Below are positions 1 through 9,381 of a stretch of 64,000 nt of DNA, piece by piece. A program made the translations under genes and the position numbers. The notes beneath the pieces are model-generated. The model did no database searches. It was given only the letters and a program-made list of their open reading frames with translations, and was not told where the DNA came from. The stretch spans positions 4,064,001 to 4,128,000 of the forward strand of contig CBDDPY010000002.1 in assembly GCA_965232515.1 (NCBI GenBank), given 5' to 3'. Positions within the stretch are counted from its first letter, which is position 1; each line of letters starts with the position of its first letter. Source of the stretch: Alphaproteobacteria bacterium (GTDB lineage: Bacteria; Pseudomonadota; Alphaproteobacteria; GCA-2731375).

Positions 1-1
1 T

Positions 2-535
2 ATCGCGCCCGACGCGGCGCCCGCCCTGCCAGCGACCTGCCGCGTGGTCGGCGTCTCGGCCCTGCTGCGGCAGCTGATCCTCCGCGCCGTCGACATGCCG
101 AGCCACTATGACGAGGCCGGGCCCGACGGCCGCCTGGTGGCGGTGATCCTGGACGAGCTCGCCGACCTGCCGACCGCGCCATTGCACCTGGCCATGCCGC
201 GCGATCCGCGCCTGCGGCGCGTCGCCGAGCATCTGCTGGCCGATCCCGGCAGCCGCGAAAGCGCTGCCGCGCTCGCCGAAATCGGCGGCGTCAGCGAGCG
301 CACCATGGCCCGCCTCTTCAAGCAGGAAACCGGCCTCGGCCTCGCCGCTTGGCGCCAGCAGGCGCGCCTGATGAAGGCCGTGGCCTGGCTCGGCGCCGGC
401 CGCCGGGTGACCGACTGCGCCCTCGACCTGGGCTACGAGTCGACCAGCGCCTTCATCGCCATGTTCCGCCGGGCCCTGGGCGTTACGCCCGGCCAATATT
501 TCCAGGACAGCGATACCCGCTTAACCGAATCGTAA
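2..535 (+). CDS. AraC family transcriptional regulator (NimR/YeaM-like), 5' truncated by window edge
   Basis: Frame is open from position 2. AraC double HTH: SERTMARLFKQETG...ALDLGYESTSAFIAMFRRALGVTP. Confidence 0.9.
   Translation: MAPDAAPALPATCRVVGVSALLRQLILRAVDMPSHYDEAGPDGRLVAVILDELADLPTAPLHLAMPRDPRLRRVAEHLLADPGSRESAAALAEIGGVSERTMARLFKQETGLGLAAWRQQARLMKAVAWLGAGRRVTDCALDLGYESTSAFIAMFRRALGVTPGQYFQDSDTRLTES
521..535 (+). promoter_or_regulatory. CtrA-like box (TTAA-N7-GTAA) containing a GANTC site, upstream of the EAL-like gene
   Basis: TTAACCGAATCGTAA has one mismatch to TTAA-N7-TTAA; a second half site TTAACC lies at 547-552. It overlaps the araC stop codon. Confidence 0.4.
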
Positions 536-619
536 GCGCGGACGCGTTAACCAAGAGGGTCAACAACGGATCCGGGCGTACGGGATCGGCGCGCCGTCCG
601 TTGGCCAGCAGAGGCGGCA

Positions 620-1855
620 ATGCGGATCAGGTCGACGTCGGAGCCGGAACAGCGTGCGAACCAGCACATCCTGCTGCTGGACGTGGTCGAGCGTCTGCGC
701 AAGCGCGCCGACGGCCGCCGCGCCATTCACCTGCACCTGTCGGCGCTGCAGGCCCATAACCGCCGCGAGCACCATCTGCGCATCGCCGCCAACAGCTTCG
801 ATGCCCTGATCAAGCGCCGCGACGGCCAGTCATTCCGCCTGCCGGACGGCGATATCGTGGTGATCGTCGCCAACGCCACGGTGGCCGAGATCGACGACGT
901 GGTGCTGCGGCTGCGTTATCTGTTCAGCGACGATCCGCTGGTGCATTCGGACGCCGACGCCGAAGGCGCGCGTTTCTGTACCTGGTACGACCTTGAAAAG
1001 GACTACGCCGCCTTCCTGAGCCTGGCGCAAGCCATCTACAGGCGGCAATCGGCGCAACGCACGGCCGGGCCGGACGACGCCAAGGCCGACGATCCGGAAC
1101 ACGACAACGAGGCCGTCGAGCCGATGGATCCCGAACGCCTGAACCGCTTGGAGACCGCGCTCAGGGGCTCGGATCTGAGCGCCCTGCTACGCCGACAGCC
1201 CGTCTGCATCCTGGTCGGCGGCAGCCAGCCGAAACCGATCTATAACGAAATCTACGTGTCGATCCACGACCTGCGCCGCCGGGTCATGCCGCAGGTCAAC
1301 ATCGCGTCCGACCGCTGGCTGTTTCAGCGCCTGACCCGACTGCTGGACCGGCGACTGATTAGCGTGCTGCCGGAAATGGAGTCGGAAGCCAACCTGACCA
1401 CCGGCATGAACCTCAACGTCTCGACCCTGCTGTCGGACGAGTTCCTGACTTTCGACAAGGCGCTCAGGCAGCGGCACAGCAAGCCATTGATCCTGGAGCT
1501 GCAGGTGATCGACGTGTTCGCCGACATGGGCGCCTACATGTTCGCCCGCGACTTCGCGCGGCAGCGCGGCTACCGGATCTGCATCGACGGCTTGTCGCAC
1601 CTGACCTTCCCGCAGTTGCGGCGGGACGAGCTGGGCGTCGACATGGAGAAGATCTACTGGCACCCGACCATTGTCGAGGATGTCGACACCGGTCCCAGCA
1701 AACGCTTCCGCGAGGCCGTCCAGCGCGCCGGGCCGGCCCGGGTCGTGCTCTGCCGCTGCGACGATCAGACGGCCGTCGACTTCGGCCAGGCCCAGGGCAT
1801 CACCCTGTTCCAGGGCCGCCACATCGATCAAATGATCGCCCAGGGCACGGCCTGA
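620..1855 (+). CDS. degenerate GGDEF/EAL-domain protein
   Basis: EAL-fold landmarks RRQPV, EIYV (in place of EAL), NLNVS, ILEL, ICIDG, EKI and LFQG. N-terminal degenerate GGDEF-like region FRLPDGDIVV. Confidence 0.7.
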   Translation: MRIRSTSEPEQRANQHILLLDVVERLRKRADGRRAIHLHLSALQAHNRREHHLRIAANSFDALIKRRDGQSFRLPDGDIVVIVANATVAEIDDVVLRLRYLFSDDPLVHSDADAEGARFCTWYDLEKDYAAFLSLAQAIYRRQSAQRTAGPDDAKADDPEHDNEAVEPMDPERLNRLETALRGSDLSALLRRQPVCILVGGSQPKPIYNEIYVSIHDLRRRVMPQVNIASDRWLFQRLTRLLDRRLISVLPEMESEANLTTGMNLNVSTLLSDEFLTFDKALRQRHSKPLILELQVIDVFADMGAYMFARDFARQRGYRICIDGLSHLTFPQLRRDELGVDMEKIYWHPTIVEDVDTGPSKRFREAVQRAGPARVVLCRCDDQTAVDFGQAQGITLFQGRHIDQMIAQGTA

Positions 1856-1879
1856 GCGGAAGAGCCTCAAGCTGCCCGT

Positions 1880-2455
1880 CTATTCGCGCGGCGAGCGCTT
1901 GGCCAGGATGCGCTGCAGCGTGCGGCGGTGCATGTTGAGGCGACGGGCGGTTTCTGAGACGTTGCGGTCGCAGAGCTCGTAAATCCGCTGAATATGCTCC
2001 CAACGCACCCGGTCGGCCGACATCGGGCGTTCCGGCGGCGGCGGCTTGTCCTTGCCGTCGGCCAGCAGCGCCGCCTCGATGGCGTCCGCGTCGGCCGGCT
2101 TGGAGAGATAATCGACGGCGCCCAGCTTGACCGCCGCCACGGCCGTGGCGATGTTGCCATAGCCGGTCAGCACGACGATCCGCGCATCCTCGCGCCGGGC
2201 CCGCAGCGCTTCCACCACGTCCAGCCCATTGCCGTCGAGCAGCCGCAGATCGACCACGGCAAAGGCCGGCGCCCGGGCAATCGCCTGGGCCACGCCATCG
2301 GCCACGCCGGCCGCCGGGATCACGTCGAATCCGCGACGCGCCATCGCCCGGGCCAACCGGTTCAGCCACAGTTCGTCGTCATCGACCAACAGAAGTGAGC
2401 GATCGACGGCGTTATCCACGCTCTGCGTCATTGTCATTTCCATCCCCAACGGCAA
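1880..2455 (-). CDS. regA: RegA/PrrA/ActR redox response regulator (true start may be a downstream Met)
   Basis: Receiver domain plus invariant C-terminus PMSADRVRWEHIQRIYELCDRNVSETARRLNMHRRTLQRILAKRSPR. Confidence 0.95.
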   Translation of the reverse strand: MPLGMEMTMTQSVDNAVDRSLLLVDDDELWLNRLARAMARRGFDVIPAAGVADGVAQAIARAPAFAVVDLRLLDGNGLDVVEALRARREDARIVVLTGYGNIATAVAAVKLGAVDYLSKPADADAIEAALLADGKDKPPPPERPMSADRVRWEHIQRIYELCDRNVSETARRLNMHRRTLQRILAKRSPRE

Positions 2456-2458
2456 CGG

Positions 2459-3781
2459 TTATTCCTGCTCCTCGATCGCGGCGCGCGGCCAGTCGATCGA
2501 GACCGTTGCGCCCCGCCCCCGGCGCAAATTGGCGAACCGCAGCCCGGCTCCGGTACGTTCCAGCAGGGTCTTGGAGATGAAAACGCCCAAACCCATGCCA
2601 CCGCTGTCGGGCCGCGTGGTTATGTATGGGTCTCCAATAGCCGATAAGACATCCGCTGCAAAGCCCGGTCCGTCGTCAACGATCTCGACCCCGACGCGGA
2701 CGTCGTCCCAATCCACCAGGATGCGCACCTCGGCGCGGGCGAAATCGACGGCATTGACGATCAGGTTGCCGAGGCCTTGAAGCAACTCCGGCGTTCGCCG
2801 CACCACCGGCGGCGGACCGGCGCCGTTGCTCTCCAGCACGACCTCAATGCCATCGCGGCCATGCGCCTCCGCCTCGGCTGAAATCAGGGCCGGCAAGGTT
2901 ATATGGCGCAGGACTTGCGACGCCTCGTCCCGCGGTCCCCGGGCCAACCGGGCCAGAATGTCGCTGCAGCGCTCGACCTGACTGTTCAGCAGGCGGATAT
3001 CGTCCGCCAGCTCGCTGTCCGTCGGCAGGTCGCGGGACAGTTCCTTCGACACCAGCGCGATGGTGCCGAGCGGCGTGCCGAGCTCGTGCGCCGCCGCCGC
3101 GGCCAGGCCGTCGAGCGACGACAACTCCTGCTCGCGCGCGAGCGCAAGCTGGGTTTCGGCAAGCGCGTCGGACATCCGCCGCGCCTCGGCGGCCACACGC
3201 CAGGCATAGAACATCAGAAAGGTCATGCCGAGCGTGATCGCCATCCAGGTGCCGAGCATGTAGACGGGCGGCAAATCCAACCCATCGCCGGGCCAGGGCA
3301 AGGGCAGATGCAGCGGCAGCAGCAGGCTCATGCAGATGAAGGTGAACAGGCCCAGGCCGATCGTGCTGCCGAGGCTGAGAATCGTCGCCGACACCGTCAC
3401 CGGCACCAGGAATAAGAGCGCGAAGGGATTCTTCAAGCCGCCGGTGAGGTAGAGCATCAGCGCCAGTTGCAGGATGTCGTAGGCCAGGTAGAAGGCGGCC
3501 TCGCGGTCGCTATGCCAGCCCTGCAGCCGGCCGCGTAGGCCAAGCCACAGGTTCAAAGCCGCCGAGCAGGCGACGACCGACATCGCCGGCGCCATCGGCA
3601 CTTGGGCGCCCATGCCCTCCGATACGACGAGAAGCGCCGAAATCTGGCCGAACACGGCGAGCCAGCGGGTGAATACCAGCGTCCGGACCCGCACCCGCGC
3701 ACGCTGCGTCGGACCAACGCGCTGGGGTGCGGCCTTGCTATCGAAGAATGTCACCATTTGGACCGCCGCATCATAATTCAT
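2459..3781 (-). CDS. regB: RegB/PrrB/ActS redox sensor histidine kinase (alternative start 3757)
   Basis: TM domain with quinone-binding GGLKNPF, H-box AAAAAHELGTPL, redox Cys in QVERC, HATPase domain; adjacent to regA. Confidence 0.95.
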   Translation of the reverse strand: MNYDAAVQMVTFFDSKAAPQRVGPTQRARVRVRTLVFTRWLAVFGQISALLVVSEGMGAQVPMAPAMSVVACSAALNLWLGLRGRLQGWHSDREAAFYLAYDILQLALMLYLTGGLKNPFALLFLVPVTVSATILSLGSTIGLGLFTFICMSLLLPLHLPLPWPGDGLDLPPVYMLGTWMAITLGMTFLMFYAWRVAAEARRMSDALAETQLALAREQELSSLDGLAAAAAHELGTPLGTIALVSKELSRDLPTDSELADDIRLLNSQVERCSDILARLARGPRDEASQVLRHITLPALISAEAEAHGRDGIEVVLESNGAGPPPVVRRTPELLQGLGNLIVNAVDFARAEVRILVDWDDVRVGVEIVDDGPGFAADVLSAIGDPYITTRPDSGGMGLGVFISKTLLERTGAGLRFANLRRGRGATVSIDWPRAAIEEQE

Positions 3782-3840
3782 GCCGCCCTTGTCGGTGCCT
3801 TTCGCTGGCGTTCGTGCGACTTCCGAACCATATTGCCGAC

Positions 3841-4599
3841 ATGCCCGAAAACGCTATCGAAGTCGAGGGGCTGCGGAAGCAGTTCGATCAGGTGGTCGCG
3901 GTCGACGACATCAGCTTCGCCGTGCCGTCGGGCGGATTCGTCGCGCTGCTGGGCGGCAATGGAGCGGGCAAGACGACGACGATCGGCATGCTGCTGGGGC
4001 TGATCCTGCCGACATCAGGCAGCATCACCGTGCTGGGCGCGGATATGCTGCGCCACCGTTATCAGGTGCTGCCGCGGATGAATTTTTCGTCGCCCTATGT
4101 CGACCTGCCGCACCGGCTGACGGTGGCGGAGAACCTGGGCGTCTACGCGCATCTCTACGGCGTCCGGAACGTCAAGGCGCGCATCGCCGAACTGGCCCGC
4201 GACCTCGATCTCGAGAGCTTCGTGAAGCGCTCGACGGGCAGCCTGTCGGCAGGCCAGCGCACGCGCGTGGCGCTGGCCAAGGCCATGGTCAACGAGCCCG
4301 ATCTGCTGTTGCTGGACGAGCCGACGGCGTCGCTCGATCCGGACACCGCCGACTGGGTCCGGCGCTATTTGCGGGACTATCAGGCCCGGACCGGCGCCAG
4401 CGTTCTGCTGGCATCGCACAACATGACCGAGGTCGAGCGCCTGTGCGACGACGTGCAGATGCTGCGCCAGGGCCGGATCGTCGATCAGGGATCGCCCGCC
4501 GACTTGATCGCCCGCTACGGCCGCGACAATCTGGAGGAGGTGTTCCTGGACATCGCGCGCGGCGAGGGCCGGGCCAGCCACGAGGCGGCGGCGGAATGA
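3841..4599 (+). CDS. ABC-2 type exporter ATP-binding protein
   Basis: Walker A GGNGAGKT, signature LSAGQ, Walker B LLLLDEP, H-loop SH. Confidence 0.92.
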   Translation: MPENAIEVEGLRKQFDQVVAVDDISFAVPSGGFVALLGGNGAGKTTTIGMLLGLILPTSGSITVLGADMLRHRYQVLPRMNFSSPYVDLPHRLTVAENLGVYAHLYGVRNVKARIAELARDLDLESFVKRSTGSLSAGQRTRVALAKAMVNEPDLLLLDEPTASLDPDTADWVRRYLRDYQARTGASVLLASHNMTEVERLCDDVQMLRQGRIVDQGSPADLIARYGRDNLEEVFLDIARGEGRASHEAAAE

Positions 4600-5420
4600 C
4601 CGCGGCGCAGGAACTGCCGAACCCGTTCTTCTCGCCGCGCCGGGTCGGCAGCATGGCCTTGCGCTATCTCTACCTGCTGCGCGGCTCCTGGCCGCGCATC
4701 CTGGAGCTCGCCTACTGGCCGACGGTGCAGATGGTCCTTTGGGGTTTCATCACCCAGTTTCTGGCGGCGAATTCATCTTATATCGCGCAGGCCTTCGGCA
4801 TCCTGCTGTCGGGCGTGCTGTTGTGGGATGTGCTGTTCCGCGGCCAGCTGGGCGTCACCATCTCGTTCCTTGAAGAGCTGTGGTCGCGCAACCTCGGCCA
4901 CCTGTTCGTCAGCCCATTGCGACCGCTCGAGATGGTCTGCGCCATGCTGTTCATGAGCCTGGTGCGCACGCTGATCGGCTTCGTGCCGGCCTCGCTGCTG
5001 GCAGTCATGTTTTTCGACTATTCGATGTACGGCATGGGCCTGCCGCTGGTCGGTTTCTTCTTCACCGTCATCATCACCGGCTGGGCCGTCGGCCTGGCGA
5101 TCGCCGGTATTTTGCTGCGCCAGGGTCTGGGCGCCGAGAGCCTCGCTTGGCTGGTGGTCTTCGCCATCGCCCCGATCAGCGGCATCTACTATCCCATTTC
5201 GGTGCTGCCCGACGCGCTGCAGGTGCTGGCCTGGTGCCTGCCGTCGGCATACGCCTTCGAGGGCATGCGCGCGGTTCTGGTCGACGGCGTTTTCCGGGCC
5301 GACCTGATGTGGATGGGCCTCGGCCTCAACCTCATCTACCTGGCCGTGGGCACAGCCGTCTTCATGATCTGCTTCCGCCTCGCGCGGCTGCGCGGCCAGC
5401 TGTTGCAAATGGGCGAGTAA
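4596..5420 (+). CDS. ABC-2 type exporter permease
   Basis: ATGA overlap with the ATPase gene; about 6 hydrophobic segments; SGIYYPISVLP motif. Confidence 0.9.
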   Translation: MTAAQELPNPFFSPRRVGSMALRYLYLLRGSWPRILELAYWPTVQMVLWGFITQFLAANSSYIAQAFGILLSGVLLWDVLFRGQLGVTISFLEELWSRNLGHLFVSPLRPLEMVCAMLFMSLVRTLIGFVPASLLAVMFFDYSMYGMGLPLVGFFFTVIITGWAVGLAIAGILLRQGLGAESLAWLVVFAIAPISGIYYPISVLPDALQVLAWCLPSAYAFEGMRAVLVDGVFRADLMWMGLGLNLIYLAVGTAVFMICFRLARLRGQLLQMGE

Positions 5421-5474
5421 CGGCCGGCGAGCCGGCGCTTGTGGCCGCGGTGCCGGCGATAGTATGAAAGCGGC

Positions 5475-6506
5475 ATGACATCCGCGACATACCAGCCCAG
5501 CTTCGAGATCGGCGGCCGGCCGGTCGGAGGTGGCGCGCCGGTTCTGTTCATCGCCGAGGCCGGCGTCGCGCATTTCGGCGACATGGACATGGCCATGCAA
5601 CTGGTCGATCTGGCGGCCGACGCCGGGGCCGACGTGTTCAAGACGCAGTTCTTCGACGTCGAGGCCATGATCAGTTCGGAGATGCCTGAATGGCGTGACC
5701 GGTTGCGGCCGCGCAACCTGTCGCTGGACGAGTTCCGCGTGCTGAAGCAGCGCTGCGATGCGCGCGGCCTGTTGTTCATGTCGACGACGCACGACGCGAC
5801 CCGTATCGAATGGCTGGCCGATCTCGACGTGCCGGCCGTGAAGGTCGGTTCGGGCGAACGCAACAATCCGGGCTTTCTGAAACAGCTGGCCGAGCTGGGC
5901 CGGCCGATGATCGTTTCGACCGGCATGTACCGTGAGGCCGACGTGCAGGAGGCGCTGGAGGCCTGCCAGGCCGGCGGCTGCGACCGGGTGGCGCTGCTGC
6001 ACTGCGTAACCAGCTATCCGACGCCGGCGGCGGACGTGAACCTGCAGGCCATGGACCGGCTGGCCGAGATGTTCGACGGGCCGGTCGGCTATTCCGACCA
6101 TACCGAGGACCATCTGGCGGTGCTGGCGGCTGTCGCCCGCGGCGCCGAGATCATTGAAAAGCACATCACCATCCTGCGCGACGTACCGAACGCGCAGGAC
6201 TGGAAGGTGTCGGCCGGGCCCGAGGATCTGGCGCGGCTGGTGGCCGACATCCGGCGGGTCGAGCAGCTGCTGGGCCACGGCCGCAAGGAACCGGCGCCGT
6301 CCGAGGCCGAGGGACAGAAATGGGCGCTGAAGTCGGTGGTGGCAGTCCGGGATCTCGCCGCCGGCGAGACGTTGTCGGCCGGCGACCTGACGACCAAGCG
6401 GCCCGGCACCGGCATTCCGGCGAACGAGTTGGAGAACGTCATCGGCCGGACATTGGCGCGCGCCGTCGCCGCGGACACGGCGTTACAGGCGAGCGATTTG
6501 CAGTGA
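5475..6506 (+). CDS. neuB: N-acetylneuraminate (nonulosonate) synthase family protein 1
   Basis: IAEAG.H, KVGSGE, IVSTGM, LLHCVTSYP, GYSDH, IEKH and C-terminal SAF domain KRPGTG. Confidence 0.92.
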   Translation: MTSATYQPSFEIGGRPVGGGAPVLFIAEAGVAHFGDMDMAMQLVDLAADAGADVFKTQFFDVEAMISSEMPEWRDRLRPRNLSLDEFRVLKQRCDARGLLFMSTTHDATRIEWLADLDVPAVKVGSGERNNPGFLKQLAELGRPMIVSTGMYREADVQEALEACQAGGCDRVALLHCVTSYPTPAADVNLQAMDRLAEMFDGPVGYSDHTEDHLAVLAAVARGAEIIEKHITILRDVPNAQDWKVSAGPEDLARLVADIRRVEQLLGHGRKEPAPSEAEGQKWALKSVVAVRDLAAGETLSAGDLTTKRPGTGIPANELENVIGRTLARAVAADTALQASDLQ

Positions 6507-7480
6507 CCGGAACGGCGAAGCCGCGCCTGCTCTACTACCGCATGATGAACTACATGTCGGAAAACAGGCGGCTGCTGGACGCGCATTTCGATGTCGTCGA
6601 GCTGGAGACGCCGGCGGACGACAACGATGACGTGCTGGAGACGCTGGACGCCTGCTGCGCGCCGCTGGGCTATGACGTCGATGTGGGCAAGCTGAACCGC
6701 TGTCCGAACCTGAAGGCCGTGATCACCAACACGACCGGCGTGCCGCATATCGACATGGACGCGGCCGCCGCGCGCGGCGTGCAGGTGTTCTCGCTGAAGG
6801 ACGAGCAGGAATTTCTGGCGACGATCACGCCGACCGCCGAGCATGCCTGGGGTTTGCTGCTGGCCCTGGCCCGACGCACGCCGTGGGCGCATCGGACGGT
6901 GCTGAACGGCGCCTGGAACCGCTACGAATTCGGCGCCGCGCCGCGCATGTTGTCGCGCATGACGCTGGGCATCGTCGGCTACGGCCGGCTGGGGCGGCGG
7001 GTCGCGCAATACGGCCGGACGTTCGGCATGCCGGTGCGCTATGCCGACCCGTTCGTCGATCTGGATGATGGTGTGGCTCAGAAGGCCGAAACGCTGACGG
7101 CGCTCGCCGAATGGGCCGACGTGCTGAGCCTGCACGTGCCGGCGACGCCGGAAACCCGGCATTTGATCGATGCCGGGCTGTTGGCCGGCGTGAAGCCCGG
7201 CGCCTACCTGATCAACACGGCGCGGGCCGAGTTGATCGACGAGGCGGCGTTGCTGGAGGGGTTGCGCGCGGGCCGGATCGGCGGCTATGCCAGCGACGTG
7301 CTGGAGGGCGAATTCACGCCGGGCTTCAAGGCCGCGGACCACCCGCTGGTGCGCTACGCGGCGGAACACGAGAATGTGCTGCTGACGCCGCATATCGGCG
7401 GCTCGACGCTGGATGCCTGGCGCGAAACCCAGGCCCGCGTGATCGACATGGCGATCGCGTACTTCGCGGACCAGGCCTGA
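6503..7480 (+). CDS. D-isomer specific 2-hydroxyacid dehydrogenase 1 (SerA-like)
   Basis: GTGA overlap with neuB; GYGRLG Rossmann motif; catalytic INTAR, DVLEGE and TPHIGG. Confidence 0.88.
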   Translation: MTGTAKPRLLYYRMMNYMSENRRLLDAHFDVVELETPADDNDDVLETLDACCAPLGYDVDVGKLNRCPNLKAVITNTTGVPHIDMDAAAARGVQVFSLKDEQEFLATITPTAEHAWGLLLALARRTPWAHRTVLNGAWNRYEFGAAPRMLSRMTLGIVGYGRLGRRVAQYGRTFGMPVRYADPFVDLDDGVAQKAETLTALAEWADVLSLHVPATPETRHLIDAGLLAGVKPGAYLINTARAELIDEAALLEGLRAGRIGGYASDVLEGEFTPGFKAADHPLVRYAAEHENVLLTPHIGGSTLDAWRETQARVIDMAIAYFADQA

Positions 7481-7485
7481 CGGCC

Positions 7486-8217
7486 ATGCAGGTCAACAAG
7501 GGCGAAACCTGGGGACTGATCCCGGCGCGCGGCGGCTCGAAGAGCATTCCGCTGAAAAACCTGGCGGCGTTCGCCGGCCGGCCTTTGATCGATTACGTGG
7601 TCTTGGCGGCGCAAGCGAGCGGCCGGGCGACGCGGCTTATCTGCAGCACGGATTCGCCGGAGATCACCCAGCGCTGCCAAGAACTGGGCGTCGAACCGCA
7701 CGACCGGCCGGCCGCGCTTGGCCGGGACGAGACGCCGGTGATCGACGTGATCGCCCACCTGCTGCGGGATCTGGCCGCGCGGGACGGCGCCGTCGCCGAA
7801 TTCGTGGCGTTGCTTCAGCCGACATCGCCGTTCCTGCTGCCGGCGCATATCGACGCCGCCGTCGATGTGCTCGTCGCCGACCCCGAGGCCGGTTCGGCGC
7901 AGACGGTGGTGCCCTGCCCGCATAACCACCACGCCATCAACCAGCGCATCATCGCCGACGGCCATGTCGCGTTCCGCTTTCCGGACGAGCGGGCCCAGGC
8001 CTACAACAAACAGCGCAAGGCGCCGCATTACCTGTTCGGAAATCTGCTGGTGTTTCGCGCCGAAGCGGCGCTGGCGCAGCACGCGCCGTTCGCGACCCCC
8101 AGCCTGCCGGTCGAGATCCCGTTCTACTACGGCTTCGACCTGGACGGGCCGGACGACATCAGATTTGGCGAGGCATTGCTTGCCGCCGGCCTGGTAGCAT
8201 TGCCGCATCTGGTCTGA
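7486..8217 (+). CDS. neuA: acylneuraminate cytidylyltransferase family protein 1
   Basis: IPARGGSKSIPLKN, STD, LLQPTSP, FDLDGPDD. Confidence 0.92.
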   Translation: MQVNKGETWGLIPARGGSKSIPLKNLAAFAGRPLIDYVVLAAQASGRATRLICSTDSPEITQRCQELGVEPHDRPAALGRDETPVIDVIAHLLRDLAARDGAVAEFVALLQPTSPFLLPAHIDAAVDVLVADPEAGSAQTVVPCPHNHHAINQRIIADGHVAFRFPDERAQAYNKQRKAPHYLFGNLLVFRAEAALAQHAPFATPSLPVEIPFYYGFDLDGPDDIRFGEALLAAGLVALPHLV

Positions 8218-9379
8218 CGGCCGCCGTCACCAACGCCGCCAGCAGGCCGAAGGTACAGAGCCACCAGGTCTGCCAGATACCGAAACTGAGGTTGGCGATT
8301 ACCAGCACGACGACGCTGGCGCCGAGCGCCGCGGCGGCATCGAATCGGTTGCGGATCTGGCATTGCGCCAGCAACGATACGGCGACCACCACGGCCAGCA
8401 ATCCGGCGCCGATGACCCCCAGCTCGAGCCAAACCTGCAGCGTGCCGTTATGCGGGTGCATGCTCATGACGACGCCGCCTTCCGGCAGCCGCTCGTCACC
8501 GCCGGGCAGGTCCCGCGAGGCGTCGAGCCCCCAGCCGAGAGCCGGCTTGTCGAGGATTCGCTCGGCGCTGAAGCGCCAGATGTAAAGGCGGTGCAGGGCC
8601 GAATAATAGGCTTCCGGCACGACCTTGGCGTATCGGTCCGGCGCCAACAGGTTCAGCGGCAGCATGGGCGCGATGGTCACGCCGAGCACGGCGACGGCGG
8701 CAATGACGACATGGGTGCGGTTGCCGAGCCACCAGGCAATGGCGGCCAGCGGCACGGCGATCAGGGCCGCGACCTTGGCGCTGTTGCCGTCGGCGCCGAA
8801 GACGATGAAGGCCGCCGCGATGATGGCCACCCAGCCGAGCCAGGCGCGGCCCCGGCGGCGGAACTCGACGGCTGCGAGCCAGGACGCGAGGAAGACCAGA
8901 ACGACGGCCCGGTTGAGCGCGGCGGCGCGGAATTCGTCCGTCCGTTCCTGGTAGGCGTACCAAGCCTTGGTCGCCGGATAACCCGCCGCCACCTCGAGCG
9001 CCAGCGCCAGCGCGGCCACCGCGAAGCCGGCAATCACGGCGACGCCGAGCCAGTCGCGCGCCGGCGGTTCCAGCCGTCGCGCCGCGGCGAGCATGACCAG
9101 ACCGGCGAAAAGCGCGGCCGCGATCTTGGCGGCCGAGACGATGGATATCTCCGGGTCCGGCGCCCACGACACCGTCATCAGCGCCCACAAAGACAGCGCC
9201 GTCAGCAGCCAGGCAACGCGGGTGTCGAAGATCTCCCGCAGACGGCGGGCCTGCATGTCGAGCAAGAGCTGCCAGATCGCCACCACGAACAGCAGTGGCG
9301 CCAGACCCTTGGGCGCGATGACGCCGACCGGCGCAAACAGCAGGCCGGCGACGATCAACGGATTGGTCGCGACGATCAC
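8159..9379 (-). CDS. O-antigen ligase family (Wzy_C) membrane protein
   Basis: Multi-TM protein with HRLYIW, PALGWG and HPHN..LQVWLELG. GTG start at 9379 directly follows the upstream GT stop. Confidence 0.85.
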   Translation of the reverse strand: MIVATNPLIVAGLLFAPVGVIAPKGLAPLLFVVAIWQLLLDMQARRLREIFDTRVAWLLTALSLWALMTVSWAPDPEISIVSAAKIAAALFAGLVMLAAARRLEPPARDWLGVAVIAGFAVAALALALEVAAGYPATKAWYAYQERTDEFRAAALNRAVVLVFLASWLAAVEFRRRGRAWLGWVAIIAAAFIVFGADGNSAKVAALIAVPLAAIAWWLGNRTHVVIAAVAVLGVTIAPMLPLNLLAPDRYAKVVPEAYYSALHRLYIWRFSAERILDKPALGWGLDASRDLPGGDERLPEGGVVMSMHPHNGTLQVWLELGVIGAGLLAVVVAVSLLAQCQIRNRFDAAAALGASVVVLVIANLSFGIWQTWWLCTFGLLAALVTAAVRPDAAMLPGRRQAMPRQI

Positions 9380-9381
9380 CT

